Below are positions 52,637 to 56,145 of a DNA stretch of 56,145 nucleotides, piece by piece. The translations under genes were made by a program, and so were the position numbers. Origin of the DNA: Prorocentrum cordatum (Eukaryota); assembly GCA_963575745.1 (NCBI GenBank), contig CAUYUJ010000110.1:62001-118145 (forward strand). The letters are read 5' to 3'. Every line of letters starts with the position of its first letter. Position 1 is the first letter of the stretch. The notes below the pieces were generated by a model. That model did not search any database. It worked only from the letters and a program-made list of their open reading frames with translations, and was not told where the DNA came from.

Positions 52637-52908
52637 TCTCGCCTCAAGGGCGGCTGGCGTGAACCCAGCAGCGGCTCCGCGACTCCCATGGGGCGGGGCA
52701 GACGGCTGCGACGTCGGAGGGCTGAACCCTCCCGCCGTCTGCCCGCTCGAGGCCGTCGGGGGGGGCGCCTCGGCGGTCCCGACCGCACCTCGGCCCAGGA
52801 GCGGGCCCGCCTTGCCGCCGTGGCTCCCCTCGCGTCTGGTGCAAGGTCGGCCAGTCTGACGGCGGCGGCGGCGGCGCGGGTCCCCAGGCTGTCGCTGCTG
52901 CCGAGCGG

Positions 52909-54285
52909 CTAGGAGCGACGAGGGCCCATAGGAGCGTAGCCCCCAGCAGCTGCCAGGGTAGCCAAGGCCTGGCCATCCTCGTGCTCGTCCCAGGCATCCT
53001 CAAGGATTCTGCGCTCGGCCTTGCCAGGCTGGGGCCAGGCGCCGAGCGCCGCGCCTGACTGCCCGCGGGCGGCGGCTGGCCCGTAGGGCCCCACTGCTGG
53101 GCTCGCCCGCTGGGTGGGCGGGCCCGGCCGCACCTGCTGCCCTGCGGCCTCCGCTGGCGGCCGCTGCACCGCGGGGGCAGAGGCCCCAGCGGCTGGGGCG
53201 GGGGGGCCTTCCTCGTCGTCGACGGCGAGCCCGTCCCCGCCAAGGCCGTCGGCCCAGCGCGATGCCGCGGCAGCAGGCGCAGCGGGGTGGAGCATGTCCG
53301 AGATGGCTGCGCTCTGCGCGGCAATGATGTCCATGATTTCCAGGAGCCTGGGCGCGACGCCATCCGAGTTGCGGCCGAGCATTTCACCCAGCTGGCTGAC
53401 CTGGGTGACGAGGCCCCCGACCGCGGTCTCCAGGGGCTGCTGGCCTCCGCACACCTCAATGGCCCGCTGGAGCGCCTGCTGGACCGTCTGAGCCTTCGAC
53501 TCCTCGAGCTTGACGAGCTGGCTGTTGAAGTCCTCGACCGCGGACTCGGTCTCGGCCAGCTCTTCTTGCATGGCCGCAATCTTCCCCCTGAGGGACTCAG
53601 CCCGCTGCACGGCCTGCTCACGCTTGGCTCTGGTAGCAGCGATCTGCTTCTCGACCTTCTGCATGGCGTTGGCGCCTCCGTGGAGGACGGCGTGGGGGGG
53701 CCCCCCGAGCCGCTGGGCCTCGCGGAGCTCGGCCTCTGCCCTCTCGGCCGAAGCCTCCGCCGCGAGGAGGGCCGCCCTGGCCTCTCGCTGGAAGACCTCG
53801 CTGGTCCCCTCCATGGCGACCGCCTCGCGGAGGCTGGAGATGCGAGCCTGGGCTTCCTCGAGCCTGCGCTCCAGACTCGACGCTGGCTCCTCTGGCTGCT
53901 CCTCGCGCTCCTCACGCCAAGGCGGCGGCTTGGCTCCGCCCCGCGGCCGCCCCCTGCTGTCGGGCGCGCTGCTCGGCACGGTGCTGGCGGCCGAGGCTGT
54001 CCTGGAGGCGTCACCAGCTCGGCGCGCTGCACGCTGGTGCGAACGCCCCCTGGGCTGCTGGACGAAGCCCTCCCCGTCGGCCTGGGGCAGGCGCACCGCG
54101 CGCAGGCGCTTCGCCCACGCTGGCGCCTCCTTCCCGCACGACTTGCAGGTCGCCCTCTTGTCACACCAGTTCCACTCCTTGCACTGGCAGACCCAGTGCA
54201 CCCTGCGCCTCCAGGTTGGCGGCGCCCCAGTCCCGTCGCCCGACATGGCTGCTGGCCCCGCGCGCTCCGCCTGGCCACGCTGCAT
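52909..54285 (-). CDS. LINE ORF1 protein (~458 aa) with a RanBP2-like zinc finger and a long coiled coil
   Basis: WVCQCKEWNWCDKRATCKSCG followed by a heptad-rich E/A/R segment. The Thr/Ala-rich N-terminal part of the 743-aa track ORF is microsatellite outside the TSD. Confidence 0.75.
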   Translation of the reverse strand: MQRGQAERAGPAAMSGDGTGAPPTWRRRVHWVCQCKEWNWCDKRATCKSCGKEAPAWAKRLRAVRLPQADGEGFVQQPRGRSHQRAARRAGDASRTASAASTVPSSAPDSRGRPRGGAKPPPWREEREEQPEEPASSLERRLEEAQARISSLREAVAMEGTSEVFQREARAALLAAEASAERAEAELREAQRLGGPPHAVLHGGANAMQKVEKQIAATRAKREQAVQRAESLRGKIAAMQEELAETESAVEDFNSQLVKLEESKAQTVQQALQRAIEVCGGQQPLETAVGGLVTQVSQLGEMLGRNSDGVAPRLLEIMDIIAAQSAAISDMLHPAAPAAAASRWADGLGGDGLAVDDEEGPPAPAAGASAPAVQRPPAEAAGQQVRPGPPTQRASPAVGPYGPAAARGQSGAALGAWPQPGKAERRILEDAWDEHEDGQALATLAAAGGYAPMGPRRS

Positions 54286-54377
54286 CGAAGACGCGAAGCA
54301 AGAAGCTGGCCCAGGGCGCGGCGCCCCTCGCGCTCGACAGCGCCCGAAAAACTTGCGGTCGTCGGGATCGCCATGGC

Positions 54378-54399
54378 CTTGAGCCAAAATGGTTACGGA
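54378..54399 (-). other. Dinoflagellate spliced-leader (DinoSL) relic at the LINE 5' end
   Basis: TCCGTAACCATTTTGGCTCAAG versus consensus DCCGTAGCCATTTTGGCTCAAG (21/22). Confidence 0.93.
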
Positions 54400-54404
54400 A
54401 AAAA

Positions 54405-54419
54405 ATCTCTGCGCCGTCG
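54405..54419. repeat. Target-site duplication, right copy (ATCTCTGCGCCGTCG)
   Basis: Identical to 49932-49946. Confidence 0.9.
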
Positions 54420-54510
54420 TCGTGGCCGTCGTCTTCGTCGTCACCGTCGCCGCCGCCGTCGCCGCCGCCGCCGTCGTCGCAGCCGCCGTCGCCGTCGCCG
54501 TCGTCGCCGC

Positions 54511-54562
<52 letters not shown>

Positions 54563-54879
54563 GTCGCCGCCGTCGTCGTCGTCGCTGTCATCGTCGTCGT
54601 CGTCGCCGCCGCCGCCGTCGTCGCCGTCATCATCACCGTGGTCGCAGCCACCGCCGCCGTCGTCGTCGTTGCCGTCGCCGTCGGCGTCGCCGTCGCCGTC
54701 GTCGTCGCCGTCGTCGTCATCGCCGTCGTCGCAGCCACCGCCACCGTCGTCGTCGCCGTCGTCGTCGCCGTCGCCGTAGCCGTCGCCGTCGCCGTCGCCG
54801 CCGCCGCCGCCGTCGCCATCACCGCCGCCGTCGCCGCCGTCGTCGTCGTTGTCACCGTCGCCGCCGCCGCCGACGTCGC

Positions 54880-54912
<33 letters not shown>

Positions 54913-54978
54913 CGCCGCCGTCGTCGCCGTCGCCGTCGTCGTCGCCGTCGCCGCCGTCGTCATCGTCGTCGCCGCAGC

Positions 54979-55016
<38 letters not shown>

Positions 55017-55085
55017 CCGTCGCCATCGTCGTCGTCGTCGCAGCCGCCGCCGTCGCCGTCGCCGCCACCGTCGCCGTCGCCTTCG
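54413..55085. repeat. (GTC/GCC)n mosaic microsatellite
   Basis: Direct reading of the sequence. Confidence 0.95.
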
Positions 55086-56145
55086 CTGGCGCAGCCGCGG
55101 ACGGGCTGCGCAGAGCTTCCTTCCGCGCATGCGGCCGCATCCCCGCAGGTCGATCCAGGAAGATCGGCTACTCACAAGAAACCCAACCCTGAGACCCCAG
55201 GTGTGGGAACGTCACGCTTTCCATCGCAAAACCACCGAAACACAAGAAACCCAGGGCACCCTGGAGGCAAGGAGGGGTGTTTCTTGGCATGGGTCTCCAC
55301 TGTACACCCTAGACAAGAGTGGCCTGTGGTGCGCGGCCCAAGGGGGGGAGCCCTTCGGGGACACCACCAGGCGCGCAAGCCGCTGCTGTCGCAGCGCATT
55401 CAGCGATCGGGGGGCCCCATCGGGCCCGCACCAAGGTCACTCCAGCGAGAGGTCACTCTTGCGTGTAGCCGAGAAGAGTCGTCAAGCCCTCATGGGCCTC
55501 CCCCCTCTCCTCCCCCTCCATCTTGGTGGGGATCTGGGATGATTGGGTGCTGAGACCATGAGTCGTACTGCTCGACGCATTCCCTCTTCATTGCGTTCTT
55601 CGTTCGATCGTTGAGGGGCGCCTACGCATCAATGACGATGTCCAGTGGTGTTAGAGACGGGCAAAGACGAGGATGAGCATTCGCAAGAAGTACAATCAAG
55701 CGAGCGAACAGTTGCCATACGAGTCATGCGAGGTCGACGGCGCAGGGAAGAATCGCTTGCGGGAACAAGCACCGACGGGGCTCCCGAGTCAAATTGTTAG
55801 GCAAGAGGCAGCCGCTTCGGAAGGCTGGGACCATCGGAGGTGCCCGGTAAGCCTCTCAGACGCCTCCCGGAAGCTCCCCACGAGCTCCGCAGGAGCTTCC
55901 CCGAAGCCTCCCGGCAGCGTCCCAGGCGCCGAGGGTGAAGCCACTCATAAGCCAGTCGTGCCATAATGCGTTGCCCCACCGCCCGCGCCGCTTCCCACGG
56001 CGCCGAGCAGGGGTCCACGCCGCACGTCGAGACAGGCTCCCCTCTGCGGCGGCGGGGGCGCGCTGCATCTGCCTGACGAAGGCCGCGAGCACTGCAGCGC
56101 AACGAGGAGGAGGACGAGGAGGAGGAGGAGGAGGAGGAGGAGGAG

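Larger units (their letters stand above)
49947..54404 (-). mobile_element. Non-LTR retrotransposon (APE- and RNase H-type LINE), 5'-complete, internally deleted, non-autonomous
   Basis: 15-bp TSD, 5' DinoSL, 3' (CGAAT)3 tail at 49947-49961, zinc-finger/coiled-coil ORF1, and ORF2 with an APE N-terminus and RNase H. Confidence 0.88.

Noticed and set aside
50444..55542. Plus-strand ORFs of 330, 326, 751 and 290 aa
   Set aside because: They are antisense shadows of the GC-rich LINE ORFs and of the (GTC/GCC)n tract.
55560..55860. Coding-like minus-strand stretch
   Set aside because: It has multiple stops and no recognisable motif.

Overview
Repeat-dominated, GC-rich eukaryotic DNA from a dinoflagellate. 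The evidence is a 21/22 match to the dinoflagellate spliced leader (DinoSL) at 54378-54399 and GA/GC-donor, AG|G-acceptor introns. The microsatellite landscape suggests a Prorocentrum-like genome (inference). Most ORF-track calls are artefacts of (CAT)n, (CCT)n, (GA)n and (GTC)n tracts or of CCAAGA satellites. Two real loci stand out. (1) Three co-oriented minus-strand genes lie at 26238-42706. They are a four-exon, ~1709-aa protein with the D...D...(C)xxH...RW...E layout of hAT-like DDE transposases; a divergent C5 cytosine DNA methyltransferase; and a ~911-aa protein with an N-terminal CCCH-type zinc finger and a possible metal-free JmjC/cupin-like C-terminus. Three of the four introns in the transposase-like and zinc-finger genes are closed by clear terminal inverted repeats (Introner-like). 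This may be a large DNA transposon carrying methyltransferase cargo, but I found no TIRs or TSD. (2) A 4458-bp non-LTR retrotransposon at 49947-54404 (minus strand) starts with a spliced leader, ends in a (CGAAT)3 tail and is bounded by a perfect 15-bp target-site duplication. It keeps ORF1 and RNase H but has lost the reverse transcriptase. All assignments come from reading motifs by eye; no database search was run.
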